A DNA stretch of 24,716 bases from a virus (Duplodnaviria > Caudoviricetes), in the IMG/VR virus record IMGVR_UViG_3300032074_000028, positions 1 to 24,716 of that record. One strand, given 5' to 3'. Positions 1 through 7,966 of the stretch are shown here, piece by piece (positions within the stretch are counted from its first letter, which is position 1; every line of letters starts with the position of its first letter). A model generated the notes under the pieces. It was not told the DNA's origin and did no database searches. It saw nothing but the letters and a program-made list of their open reading frames with translations. The position numbers and the translations under genes were made by a program.

Positions 1-928
1 ACGGCCGGCCCCGCATCACCCGGTCGCGGGCCTGGACGTGCCGGTCCACGCCGATGTACTTGAGTGTCGTCTCCGGCCGGGTGTGGTGCAGCAGGGTCAT
101 GGTGGCCAGCACCGCGGAGTCGAAGCTGCCCTCCTCCTCGGCCATGCCGAAGTAGAGCCGGGCCACCGACCGGCGCAGGGTGTGCACGCCCTCCTGCTTG
201 ACGTTCTCCCAGCCGACGTCGGTCAGGGCCCGCTTGACCACCTCGTAGGGCTGAGCGCAGACCTGGCCGGGCCGGTAGGTGACCCGGTTGCGCGTCGGGT
301 TGATGTGCTGGCTGGGCACCAGGTAGGACTGCTTGTCCAGGGTGGCGCAGGTGGTGCGGTAGTGCAGGAGCCAGCGGCGCAGCTCGGCGTCGAGGTCCGA
401 GGTGATCGGCATGTAGTCGAACTCGGTGGTCTTCTCCACGTGCACGAGCAGAGTGCCCTTGTCGAGGTCGACGTCAGCCAGGGTCATGCGCTTGATCTCA
501 CTGCCTCGCACTGCGAGGTTGAGGCCGAGGGCCAGCAGTATCCGATCCCGTGGAGTCCGTGCCACGTCCAGCAGGCTGAGCAGCCCGTCAGCGTCGAGGC
601 GTTCCCTGGGTACCGGCTGGATGCGCGGAGCGCTCAGGAGTCGGCTGGGGTCCTTGTCGAGCCATCCCCTGCGGATGCAGAACAGCAGGAACGACCGCAG
701 CTGGTGCAGCCGGGTGCCCCTGGTGGACGGCGCCAGGAGAACGGTGCCGGCCCACCACTTGTCGATGTGCTCGGGCTCGATCTGGTGCACGTGATTGCGG
801 TCGAGGCCGGTCATGCAGAGGGCGAACGCCTCCAGGCCCGGCCGCTCGCCGCGCCAGGTGTTGACCGACGTGCTGCCAGATCCCAGACGCCAGTGTCCGT
901 ACTGTTCGACAGCGTCATGAATGTTCAT
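1..928 (-). CDS. int: Tyrosine recombinase/integrase (XerC/D-like size), 3' end outside the window
   Basis: Not in the ORF track because it is open-ended. Manual translation from ATG 928: MNIHDAVEQYGHWRLGSG... Catalytic residues appear in the expected order: R (LAVRGSEI), K (HVEKTT), HxxR (GVHTLRRS), H (LLHHT), Y (TTLKYIG). A purine-rich RBS (GAGGGGAAAGGGG) lies upstream. Confidence 0.92.
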   Translation of the reverse strand, partial: MNIHDAVEQYGHWRLGSGSTSVNTWRGERPGLEAFALCMTGLDRNHVHQIEPEHIDKWWAGTVLLAPSTRGTRLHQLRSFLLFCIRRGWLDKDPSRLLSAPRIQPVPRERLDADGLLSLLDVARTPRDRILLALGLNLAVRGSEIKRMTLADVDLDKGTLLVHVEKTTEFDYMPITSDLDAELRRWLLHYRTTCATLDKQSYLVPSQHINPTRNRVTYRPGQVCAQPYEVVKRALTDVGWENVKQEGVHTLRRSVARLYFGMAEEEGSFDSAVLATMTLLHHTRPETTLKYIGVDRHVQARDRVMRGRP

Positions 929-964
929 TCGGGGCCCCTTTCCCCTCGGAGTTGGTCGAGACAG

Positions 965-1000
965 ACTGTAACCGACTGGGAACAGCTGGTGTCAAGTCGG
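965..1000 (-). promoter_or_regulatory. Putative integrase promoter overlapped by an imperfect palindrome
   Basis: Minus strand reads TTGACA-N19-TACAGT (spacer is long). An inverted repeat CCGACT...AGTCGG (972-1000) surrounds a central CAGCTG. Confidence 0.5.
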
Positions 1001-1056
1001 GGTCTGGATCTATCCTTATCGCGCCCGCAGCCCGTACCGTGAGCCGGGGGGAAGCG

Positions 1057-1095
1057 CGAAGGCCCGTACCCCGGAGTAGTGGGTACGGGCCTTCG
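1057..1095 (-). terminator. Intrinsic terminator-like hairpin ending the replication operon
   Basis: Perfect 15-bp inverted repeat CGAAGGCCCGTACCC / GGGTACGGGCCTTCG with a 9-nt loop, 8 nt after the stop at 1104. Confidence 0.8.
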
Positions 1096-1103
1096 TGTTG
1101 CGT

Positions 1104-1286
1104 TCAGCGGCGGGTCGGCCGCCGCGGCGGGACGATGACCGTCGTGTGGTGGTGCACGATCACGGGCGGCGAGACCACGTGGTGGTGCACGATCACCACC
1201 GGGCCCGGGTCGTAGTAGTAGCCGCCCGAGTCGCAGCCAGCCAGTGCGGCCACCAGCACCAGCGCCGCAAGGACGCGGCGGATCAC
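1104..1286 (-). CDS. Small lipoprotein (60 aa) with two VIVHHH repeats
   Basis: GTG start overlaps the upstream stop (GTGA). MIRRVLAALVLVAALAGC gives a basic n-region, hydrophobic h-region and LAGC lipobox. Confidence 0.7.
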   Translation of the reverse strand: MIRRVLAALVLVAALAGCDSGGYYYDPGPVVIVHHHVVSPPVIVHHHTTVIVPPRRPTRR

Positions 1287-1486
1287 TCGGCCGTGACCTC
1301 GCGCCACGAGTCGACGGAGTCGGCGAGCTCGCGCAGGCCGTCGGCGATCGTGTCCGGGTCCAGGCCGGAGACGTCGATCCGGGCACCCGTGTCCTCGACG
1401 ACGATCAGGATGTACGGCTTGTCGCCGGTGAGCACTCGCTGGGCCAGCTTCTCGCCGACCGGGATCGTTTCCTCGATCATGGTCAT
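1283..1486 (-). CDS. Hypothetical protein (67 aa)
   Basis: MTMIEETIPVGEKLAQ...EVTAE. ATGA overlap with the upstream gene and a GAGGAAG RBS. Confidence 0.75.
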   Translation of the reverse strand: MTMIEETIPVGEKLAQRVLTGDKPYILIVVEDTGARIDVSGLDPDTIADGLRELADSVDSWREVTAE

Positions 1487-2100
1487 GCTGTCTTCCTCTC
1501 CTCGCGGTCGGTGGGCATTCCGTTCAGCCAGCGGCACATCCGCTGGATGACCCGTGCGTGACGGCGCCGACAGGAGTCGGGCAGCGTCTGGGTGTAGGTG
1601 GCCACCCGGTCCCAGTCGCCGTGGAAGTCGGCGACCAGGGAGAGGAACTGAATGTCCTCCTCGGGCGTGTAGTCCAGGGCCCGGCGGACGTCCATCAGGA
1701 CGGCCAGCACGGTGCCGCCCTCGGCCAGGTTGCCCTTGGGTGAGGGGCCCTCGTGGTGCTGCCCGCCCCCGGGCACACCGTCGGGGTCCAGGGCGATCGG
1801 CAGGATGCCGACCACCACGGCGGGGGTGTAGTTCAGCTGGTCGCCCGGCTGGTAGCCGGACTTCTGCGCCTTCTCCTGCTCGGCGAACCGGGCGCACCAC
1901 CGCCAGATGGAGCGGCGCAGCCGGACGTGGTTCTCGTCCTCGGTGAGGTAGGTCTCCAGGTACTGCTGGCCGGGGCCGTGCCACCAGACGTAGGCCTCGG
2001 ACTCCAGGTCCTCCAGGGAGACGAACTCCGACCAGCGGCGGTGCACGTCGACGACGGTGCGGCGCACGATCTCGGCCGTCTCCGGGGTCAGGGTGATCAC
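1483..2100 (-). CDS. Sigma-factor-like / HTH transcription regulator (~205 aa)
   Basis: EDLESEAYVW and RRSIWRWCARFAEQEK resemble sigma region 2. C-terminal DWDRVATYTQTLPDSCRRRHARVIQRM resembles a region-4 HTH. GTGA-coupled start. Confidence 0.6.
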   Translation of the reverse strand: MITLTPETAEIVRRTVVDVHRRWSEFVSLEDLESEAYVWWHGPGQQYLETYLTEDENHVRLRRSIWRWCARFAEQEKAQKSGYQPGDQLNYTPAVVVGILPIALDPDGVPGGGQHHEGPSPKGNLAEGGTVLAVLMDVRRALDYTPEEDIQFLSLVADFHGDWDRVATYTQTLPDSCRRRHARVIQRMCRWLNGMPTDREERKTA

Positions 2101-2231
2101 CGGAGCGCCCCGCACGACGGGCACTGGTCGAGGTAGCGGTTGTAGGCCAGCCAGCAGGTGGTGCACACCCGCTCCCGGTCGGTGAGCGGACGCGGGTCGA
2201 CCACGTCGTCCAGCTCGGGGTTCTCGGTCAC
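2097..2231 (-). CDS. Small zinc-ribbon protein (44 aa)
   Basis: Below the ORF-track cutoff: MTENPELDDVVDPRPLTDRERVCTTCWLAYNRYLDQCPSCGALR. Two CxxC motifs and GTGA overlaps at both ends. Confidence 0.7.
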   Translation of the reverse strand: MTENPELDDVVDPRPLTDRERVCTTCWLAYNRYLDQCPSCGALR

Positions 2232-2974
2232 GCGGACCATTCCTTCTTCTCCCAGGTGAAGCTGCCGTCAGGCCGCATGTAGACGAGGTGCGGGGAGACC
2301 CGCTTGCCCTCGATGAAGTGGATGCCGAAGCCCATCTGCCAGTTGGCGCCGCCCGATTTCAGGTAGCCGGCGCGGCTCATGTCCATGAGGCAGCCGACCT
2401 CCATCCCGTAGACGGTGCGGGTGACCTTCCCGGCGTAGGCCTCGGTGTGCGGGACGATCGCGGCCCGGTGGGTGTGGCCGATGCAGACGCTCTTGCCGAC
2501 CGCGCGGGCCAGCCGGGTGCCGGTGGTCCCGGCCTGGCCGGACAGGCCGCCCTCGTCGCCGTGGCCGAGCAGCCAGCCGGGGGCGAACTCGAACATCTGC
2601 CGGTGGTAGGTGATGCCGAGGTCGTCGAGCCGCATGTACCGCTCGTAGCGCAGCTCCGGCTCGTCGGCCAGGGCCGGTGCGTTCTGCCGCAGGTAGGACT
2701 CGAGCCGGTCGGATCCGTGGTTGGACCGGGACAGGTGGCTGACGCCGAGCTGTTCGAGGATCCGCACCGTGGTGTCCCGGTCCTTGTGCAGCTTGCCGAG
2801 GTACTCGCCGCGCATCCCGCGCGTCCAGCGGGAGACCTGGGGGGCGTCCAGCTCGTCGCCCACGCACTGCACCGTGTCGGGCTGCCAGGCCTTGATGAAC
2901 TTGGCCAGGGCCCTGACTGCGCGCGGGTGGTGGTAGGGCACCTGCAGGTCGGAGACGGTGACGACGGTCCTCAT
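2228..2974 (-). CDS. Calcineurin-like metallophosphoesterase
   Basis: Motifs SDLQ, GDELD, SNH, HGD and GHTH in canonical order. Confidence 0.9.
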   Translation of the reverse strand: MRTVVTVSDLQVPYHHPRAVRALAKFIKAWQPDTVQCVGDELDAPQVSRWTRGMRGEYLGKLHKDRDTTVRILEQLGVSHLSRSNHGSDRLESYLRQNAPALADEPELRYERYMRLDDLGITYHRQMFEFAPGWLLGHGDEGGLSGQAGTTGTRLARAVGKSVCIGHTHRAAIVPHTEAYAGKVTRTVYGMEVGCLMDMSRAGYLKSGGANWQMGFGIHFIEGKRVSPHLVYMRPDGSFTWEKKEWSA

Positions 2975-3183
2975 CGGGCGCCCACGTGGGCGTAGACGGT
3001 GACCGTGCGGACCGGCTCGTAGACGTGGGTGATCACCGGGAGCGGCTCGATCATCGCTTCGGCGGTCATCGTCAGCCGGTAGTCGGGGTCCAGCTGCTGG
3101 AACTTGATGTGGTACGGCTGGTCCCGGGTGGCCATGACGCGACCGTCGGCCGGTCCGCCCTGCAGGATCGCGGTGTGCTCCAC
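2971..3183 (-). CDS. Hypothetical protein (70 aa)
   Basis: Coupled to both neighbours. N-terminal LQGGPADG motif is typical of small phage proteins. Confidence 0.7.
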   Translation of the reverse strand: MEHTAILQGGPADGRVMATRDQPYHIKFQQLDPDYRLTMTAEAMIEPLPVITHVYEPVRTVTVYAHVGAR

Positions 3184-3506
3184 TACTCGCTCACCACCGA
3201 GATCACGGCCTCGTAGTTGGCGGCCATGGTCTTGTCCACCGCCGGGTAGAACTCGTCGAAGGGGCCGCGGACCACCCAGTCCCCGACGAAGGCGTGGGTC
3301 AGGTCCCCGGTGTCGGTGAACAGGGCGACGCCTCGGCCTGGCTGCAGGGCTACTCCACCCGACCAGGCGGCCACGTCGTCGATGTTGTCGGCCCGAACCT
3401 GCCAGGCCTCGATGGTCAGCGGCCGGCGCTTGAGCAGCACCGGGCCGGGGCGGCCGCCCTTGCCCGCCGGGTGCGCCGCGCGGGACCGCGCCTCAGAGGC
3501 CGACAC
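3183..3506 (-). CDS. Conserved phage hypothetical protein (start uncertain)
   Basis: KRRPLTIEAWQ...AFVGDWVVRGPFDEFYP...ANYE pattern recalled from a widespread phage protein family. Confidence 0.7.
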   Translation of the reverse strand: MSASEARSRAAHPAGKGGRPGPVLLKRRPLTIEAWQVRADNIDDVAAWSGGVALQPGRGVALFTDTGDLTHAFVGDWVVRGPFDEFYPAVDKTMAANYEAVISVVSE

Positions 3507-4143
3507 GCTTGAGGAACTCGTCGGGGTCGTGCGCGAGGATCGAGTTGGCGTCTTCTCCGTCGGGGAGGTGGACAATGCGGGTCTCCGGGAGGTCTTTGGC
3601 CACGGCGGTGGCGAGGTTGTTGCCCGCCTCGTCGCCGTCGGCGGGCAGGATGATCAGCGGGAAGTTCACGAAGCAGCGGGCCCAGTACGGGTGGGCCTTC
3701 CAGCTCTCGGCGCCGGGGATGCCGACCGCCGGGTAGCCGAGCAGGGTCTCGATGGCCCAGGTGTCGGGCTCCCCTTCGGTGAGGAACAGGACCGACCCGG
3801 CGGTCAGCGTGGCCTGCGCGTTGTAGAGGGTGACCTCCTGGCCTGGTGGGCCGAGGAACTTCGGACACCGCCCGGCGTCCTGCCCGGCGTCGTGGTGCTG
3901 GTCGAGGCAGCGGTACCGGATCTGCACCACGCCGGTGGGCGTCAGGTAGGGGATCGCCAGCCGGTGCCAGTACATGCGCGCGTCGAGCTCGGAGGGTTCG
4001 ACGTAGCCCAGCCGGAACCGTTCACGCGCCGCGTCCCCCAGCCCTCGGCCGTGCAAATAGGGCAGGAGCTTCTGCTGCGCGCTGATCTCGTACCGGAGCA
4101 GCTTCTCCTCCAGTGAGTGCTTCTGCGCGGTCGACGGCGGCAC
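3493..4143 (-). CDS. DNA primase, catalytic/TOPRIM part
   Basis: YLHGRGL, RFRLGYV, RLAIPY, LTEGEPD (TOPRIM glutamate), ADGDEAG (DxD) and DANS. Confidence 0.9.
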   Translation of the reverse strand: MPPSTAQKHSLEEKLLRYEISAQQKLLPYLHGRGLGDAARERFRLGYVEPSELDARMYWHRLAIPYLTPTGVVQIRYRCLDQHHDAGQDAGRCPKFLGPPGQEVTLYNAQATLTAGSVLFLTEGEPDTWAIETLLGYPAVGIPGAESWKAHPYWARCFVNFPLIILPADGDEAGNNLATAVAKDLPETRIVHLPDGEDANSILAHDPDEFLKRVGL

Positions 4144-4372
4144 TGAGCGAGAGTCCTTCCTGGGTCACGAGGAGATCGAGGGCGTCGCCCCCGACGCCGC
4201 AGGCCCAGCAGATGAACCGCTGCGAGTCGAAGTTGAGCTGCGCCGAGGGCCGGCTGTCGTCGTGGAACGGGCAGCGGACCTTTTGCTTGCCGCTGCGGTA
4301 GTCCCCGCACTCACCCCCCAGCGCCCGGAAGATCACCGCGATCGGGTACTTGCGGATCGGGCCGCGGGCCAC
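4022..4372 (-). CDS. DNA primase, CHC2 zinc-binding part
   Basis: CPFHDDSRPSA...FICWACGVGGDALDL. Confidence 0.9.
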   Translation of the reverse strand: MARGPIRKYPIAVIFRALGGECGDYRSGKQKVRCPFHDDSRPSAQLNFDSQRFICWACGVGGDALDLLVTQEGLSLSAAVDRAEALTGGEAAPVRDQRAAEAPALFARPRAGGRGA

Positions 4373-4472
4373 GCTGAACCTCTATCTCTCCGGCACCCCA
4401 GCACCGGCCGCAGGTGATGTACGCCTTGCGGCGGACGGTGATCCGCCCCTGGCCGAGGCACTCGGGGCACAT
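4311..4472 (-). CDS. Small CxxCxGxG (DnaJ-like) zinc-finger protein
   Basis: MCPECLGQG...CGRCWGAG. Fills the gap between endo VII and primase. Confidence 0.6.
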   Translation of the reverse strand: MCPECLGQGRITVRRKAYITCGRCWGAGEIEVQRGPRPDPQVPDRGDLPGAGG

Positions 4473-4480
4473 CTTGGTGA

Positions 4481-4894
4481 TCAGACGGAACGGCTCGGCC
4501 AGTTCCGCAGGTAGTTCGCCGCTCGCAGGAACGCCTCCGGGTCGTCCCGGTAGAACCCCAACGTCCGGTTGCAGCTCTTGCACAGCAGGCCTCTCACACA
4601 CGACATGCAGCCCTTCTCGGGATCGTGGCCATCCAGGCGGGCCTGGTTGTGGTCGTGGTCGACGGCGAGGCGCCGCTTGGCGCCGGTCGCCCGCTGACAC
4701 ACCGCGCACGTGCCGCCCTGGAGGGCGAGGAGCGCCTCGTAGAACTCGGCGGTGATCGAGTAGACCTGGCTGAGTCGGCGGGCGTGGGCGGCCGCCTTGA
4801 CCGTGGCTGCCCGGATTCGGTGGTGGGTGGCGCAGCGTGGCCCGGGGAAGGGGGTCGGCCGCTTGCTGTCCGGCGGGCAGTCCTTGCAGGTCAC
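4481..4894 (-). CDS. Endonuclease VII (Holliday junction resolvase family)
   Basis: YSITAEFYEALLALQGGTCAVC...LAVDHDH...VRGLLCKSCN. Confidence 0.9.
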   Translation of the reverse strand: MTCKDCPPDSKRPTPFPGPRCATHHRIRAATVKAAAHARRLSQVYSITAEFYEALLALQGGTCAVCQRATGAKRRLAVDHDHNQARLDGHDPEKGCMSCVRGLLCKSCNRTLGFYRDDPEAFLRAANYLRNWPSRSV

Positions 4895-4980
4895 CAGGCC
4901 CGATAGGTCTCGACGACCACCAGCAGCATGACGGCCGCGGTGACGCCGATCAGGATCCCGGCGACCAGCTGGACCTTCAC
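4891..4980 (-). CDS. Tiny single-pass membrane protein (29 aa)
   Basis: MKVQLVAGILIGVTAAVMLLVVVETYRAW. GTGA overlaps at both ends. Confidence 0.6.
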   Translation of the reverse strand: MKVQLVAGILIGVTAAVMLLVVVETYRAW

Positions 4981-5162
4981 GCCGACTCCAGCCCGTCCTC
5001 GACGATGTCCTTGACGGTCTCGGCCCAGCGCCGGTAGGCGTAGAGCCGCTCGGCGGTGGTGCCGCCCGCGTCGTCAGGGTCGAGGCTCAGGATCAGGTCG
5101 AGGTCGACATCCTCGATCCGCACCCAGTGGTGGGTGACGTGCTCGCTCTGGCCCATGCTCAC
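4977..5162 (-). CDS. Hypothetical protein (~61 aa)
   Basis: C-terminal part of the 4977..5660 ORF (MGQSEHVTHHWVRIED...). Start coupled to the helicase stop. Confidence 0.65.
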   Translation of the reverse strand: MSMGQSEHVTHHWVRIEDVDLDLILSLDPDDAGGTTAERLYAYRRWAETVKDIVEDGLESA

Positions 5163-5938
5163 TCCTGATCGAGGTAGGTCTGTCGGTCGCCGTCGAACCG
5201 GAGCCGGACCTGCAGCCCGCCGGACGGATCGGCCTTGCCTTGCCGGTGCTTCACCACGCACATGAAGACGTGCGGGTCCTTGCGGTAGAGCGTGAGCACC
5301 TGGGCCGGGAGCTTGGAGAGCTTGTTGGCCAGGCCGGAGAGCGGGATCTGCCGGTCTCCGTCGTCGTAGGAGCCGGTGGCGTGGTGCAGCACCAGCACGT
5401 GGGCCCCGGTCTGTTGGGCCAGGGCGTGCAGCTCGTCCATCGCCTTGGTCTGGGAGGACAGGTCGTCCTCGCCGCCGCGGGCACAGTTCATCAGGTTGTC
5501 CACCACGATCAGCTCGGGGAAGGAGCCATGCACGGTGCCGTAGGCCTGCACGTCCGAGTGGATCTCCCGGGTCGTGTAGGAGTCGAAGGAGAACTGCACG
5601 TGCCGGGCCTCCCACAGGGCCACGTCCAGTTCCTCCAGGGCGTAGCCGCCCTCTAGGCACTGGTTGATGTAGCTCTGCGGGTGGCCGGTGTTGTGCGCCA
5701 GCGTCCGGACCGACATGGTCCAGGCGTCGGTGTCGGCCGAGACGTACAGCGTGCGCAGTCCACTGGACAGGGCGACCTGCAGGGCGAGGGCGGACTTGCC
5801 CACGCCGGGTGCGGCCGCGATCATCCCCAGCTGGCCCATGGCCAGCCCGAATCCGATCCGCCGGAGGCCGGCGAACGGGAGATGGATCTGGTGGGCGACG
5901 GTCGCACCGCGGCGGACCACCCTGTCCAGTGACTGCAT
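5159..5938 (-). CDS. DnaB-like (SF4) helicase, motor domain only
   Basis: Walker A AAPGVGKS, Walker B LIVVDNL, VLVLHH, and KHRQG arginine-finger region. Confidence 0.88.
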   Translation of the reverse strand: MQSLDRVVRRGATVAHQIHLPFAGLRRIGFGLAMGQLGMIAAAPGVGKSALALQVALSSGLRTLYVSADTDAWTMSVRTLAHNTGHPQSYINQCLEGGYALEELDVALWEARHVQFSFDSYTTREIHSDVQAYGTVHGSFPELIVVDNLMNCARGGEDDLSSQTKAMDELHALAQQTGAHVLVLHHATGSYDDGDRQIPLSGLANKLSKLPAQVLTLYRKDPHVFMCVVKHRQGKADPSGGLQVRLRFDGDRQTYLDQE

Positions 5939-5944
5939 GACGGC

Positions 5945-6199
5945 TTAGCTCTCTGCCGGTACGCCGAGCAGCAGGCCGTCGAGGGTGCGGACGTGCTCGC
6001 GCAGCAGGTCGGCCATCACGTGCAGCCGGGCCAGGCAGTGCACCCGCAGCTCGGGGGGCAGGTCGCGCAGGGTGGCCACGTCTTCATCGGTGATCGGCGC
6101 CGAGTCGAGGTCCTGCACGGCCGACTCCAGCACCGTGTAGGAGGAGGACGCGGCGAGCAGGCTGTCGATCAGGTCGACGGTGACGATCGAGCCGATCAT
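5945..6199 (-). CDS. Hypothetical protein (84 aa)
   Basis: MIGSIVTVDLID...; ATGA overlap with the upstream stop. Confidence 0.65.
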   Translation of the reverse strand: MIGSIVTVDLIDSLLAASSSYTVLESAVQDLDSAPITDEDVATLRDLPPELRVHCLARLHVMADLLREHVRTLDGLLLGVPAES

Positions 6200-6675
6200 C
6201 GGATGAAGTCCAGCGGGCACTTCGAGGGGTCGTTCTTCTGCGCGTTGCAGCCCCACGCCTGCCACGGGTTGTGCGGCGGGTTCTTGCCCTTGCCGTTGAG
6301 CAGGGTCTTCGGCCCGTGCTGACACATCGCTCGCGGATCACCCGGGGCGGGTGCTGCGGCAGCGGCGGGCATCGGCGGCTGGTAGGCCGGGACCGGCGGC
6401 TGGCCCCACTGGTTGCCGCCGGCCTCGACGGCACCGGGGAAGGAGGCCTGCACGGTGGCCCGCGCGGCGGCCAGCGGGTCGGCCACGGTGGACACGACGG
6501 CGCCACGGGACAGCACGTCGGTCAGCCGACCGAGCACCGCCTCGGCCTGCTGGTTGCCCACGAGCGACAGGGCCACCGCGAAGTCGCCGTAGGCCTGGCC
6601 GGGGTCGGCGCCCTCGGACGAGATCACGAAGATCGCCTCGCCGATCTTGTCGCTGATCTGGAACTTGGTGGTCAT
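6196..6675 (-). CDS. Phage protein with Pro/Ala linker and C-terminal C-x-H-G...C...C zinc finger (159 aa)
   Basis: MTTKFQISDK...MCQHGPKTLLNGKGKNPPHNPWQAWGCNAQKNDPSKCP. GGAGG RBS; directly follows the exonuclease. Confidence 0.8.
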   Translation of the reverse strand: MTTKFQISDKIGEAIFVISSEGADPGQAYGDFAVALSLVGNQQAEAVLGRLTDVLSRGAVVSTVADPLAAARATVQASFPGAVEAGGNQWGQPPVPAYQPPMPAAAAAPAPGDPRAMCQHGPKTLLNGKGKNPPHNPWQAWGCNAQKNDPSKCPLDFIR

Positions 6676-7478
6676 GGGCCCTCCGGGGGGTTGTAGTAGC
6701 GGCACTCGCGCCGCTTGTAGGGGCAGAACTTGCAGGTCTCGGTGCTGGGGGTCGGCTCGAACTCCCCGGCGTTCACCCCGGCGTCGAACTCGGTGAACTG
6801 CTGGGCGATGGCCAGCGGGTCGTGCTTGGCCAGCTGGGTGGGCAGCAGCTGCGCGGCGCGGGCCATGTAGTACAGGCCCCACGTGGTGTCCAGGCCCATC
6901 CCGGCGAGGACGGCCGCCCGGTAGACGCCGAGCTGCAGCGTCTCCTTCGGTGGCTTGCCGCTCTTGTAGTCGAGGATGTTCAGCTGGCCGTGCTCGTCGA
7001 CCACGAGGGCGTCGGGGATGGCCACGATCGGCACGCCGCCCAGCTCGGTCTCGATGCGCCGCTCGAGCCCCAGCCCTTCCTCGTCCTGGTAGACGGTGAG
7101 CCCCGACGTCGGCCACCAGGCCACGAACCGCTTGACCATGGCGAAGCCGTGTTCCATCCACCACTCGGCGTTCTCGCGGCCACGGTCGGCCGCCCGCCAG
7201 GTGCGGACGTCGGGGTTGGCCTCGGGGTTGCGCGTGAGCACCTCGGCCTTGGCCTGCTCCCACGCCTCCAGCCAGGCTTGGAACAGGTCGGCCTCGCTGG
7301 TGCCGATGAGGCCGGCCAGGTACCACTCGGCGACCTGGTGGAACGCGGTGCCACCGATCGACCAGACGCTCGGCTCCTCGGGGACGCGCTCCACGTACTT
7401 GATCCGGTACTGCTCGGGGCACTTCTCGTAGACGGTGAGCGCGGAGTAGCTGCGCCGCCGGACCTTGGTCTCGGTCAC
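6672..7478 (-). CDS. RecB-like/Cas4-family PD-(D/E)XK exonuclease
   Basis: SYSALTVYEKCP, GTAFHQ, IPDALV, ILDYKSG, QLGVY and CKFCPYKRREC (four-Cys Fe-S staple). Confidence 0.92.
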   Translation of the reverse strand: MTETKVRRRSYSALTVYEKCPEQYRIKYVERVPEEPSVWSIGGTAFHQVAEWYLAGLIGTSEADLFQAWLEAWEQAKAEVLTRNPEANPDVRTWRAADRGRENAEWWMEHGFAMVKRFVAWWPTSGLTVYQDEEGLGLERRIETELGGVPIVAIPDALVVDEHGQLNILDYKSGKPPKETLQLGVYRAAVLAGMGLDTTWGLYYMARAAQLLPTQLAKHDPLAIAQQFTEFDAGVNAGEFEPTPSTETCKFCPYKRRECRYYNPPEGP

Positions 7479-7603
7479 GCGGCGTCTTCGAGGAGCTCGC
7501 GCCAGCGGACGACGTACTCGGTGAACTCGTCGAGGATGTTGTGCGCCTCGTCGAGGGCGCCCTCCAGCCAGCCGAGGAGACGGGGACCGTAGATCGACAG
7601 CAT
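7475..7603 (-). CDS. Hypothetical protein (42 aa)
   Basis: MLSIYGPRLLGWLEGALDEAHN...; coupled at both ends, GGAG RBS. Confidence 0.6.
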   Translation of the reverse strand: MLSIYGPRLLGWLEGALDEAHNILDEFTEYVVRWRELLEDAA

Positions 7604-7887
7604 CAGGACTCCGGTCCGTAGTGGTACGCCGCGAATCCCTCGTCGGCGTTGGTGACCTGGGCGAAGCACTCCCAGCTGGAGGGCAGCACCTTGGCCACGT
7701 ACTCGTGGCCGCGGTGCTTGTGCTGGGTGCAGCAGAGGACGAGGAAGTGGTCCTCGGCGACGGCGTACAGCGCGGCGCCGTCGTAGTGCTGGACCCGGAC
7801 CGACCGCTCGCCCTGCTCGTCGGGCATGAGCAGGCTGCGCACGTAGTCCTCGGGGTCGAGGAGCGTCTCGCTCTTGCCGGTGGCCAT
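7603..7887 (-). CDS. Hypothetical protein (94 aa), probably leaderless
   Basis: Coding-like composition; no SD sequence upstream of ATG 7887. Confidence 0.7.
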   Translation of the reverse strand: MATGKSETLLDPEDYVRSLLMPDEQGERSVRVQHYDGAALYAVAEDHFLVLCCTQHKHRGHEYVAKVLPSSWECFAQVTNADEGFAAYHYGPES

Positions 7888-7966
7888 GTCCGGTACTAGA
7901 ACAGGAAGGTCCGACAGAAACCAGCACTTAGAGCGAGGTTGTGACTACTGGGAGTAAGTTCGGCAG

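Noticed and set aside
38-1042. 334-aa plus-strand ORF
   Set aside because: Antisense shadow of the recombinase caused by high-GC codon bias; no motifs or RBS.
6672-7478. Cas4-like gene as a sign of a CRISPR system
   Set aside because: No other cas genes and no repeat-spacer array; solo Cas4/RecB exonucleases are normal in actinophages.
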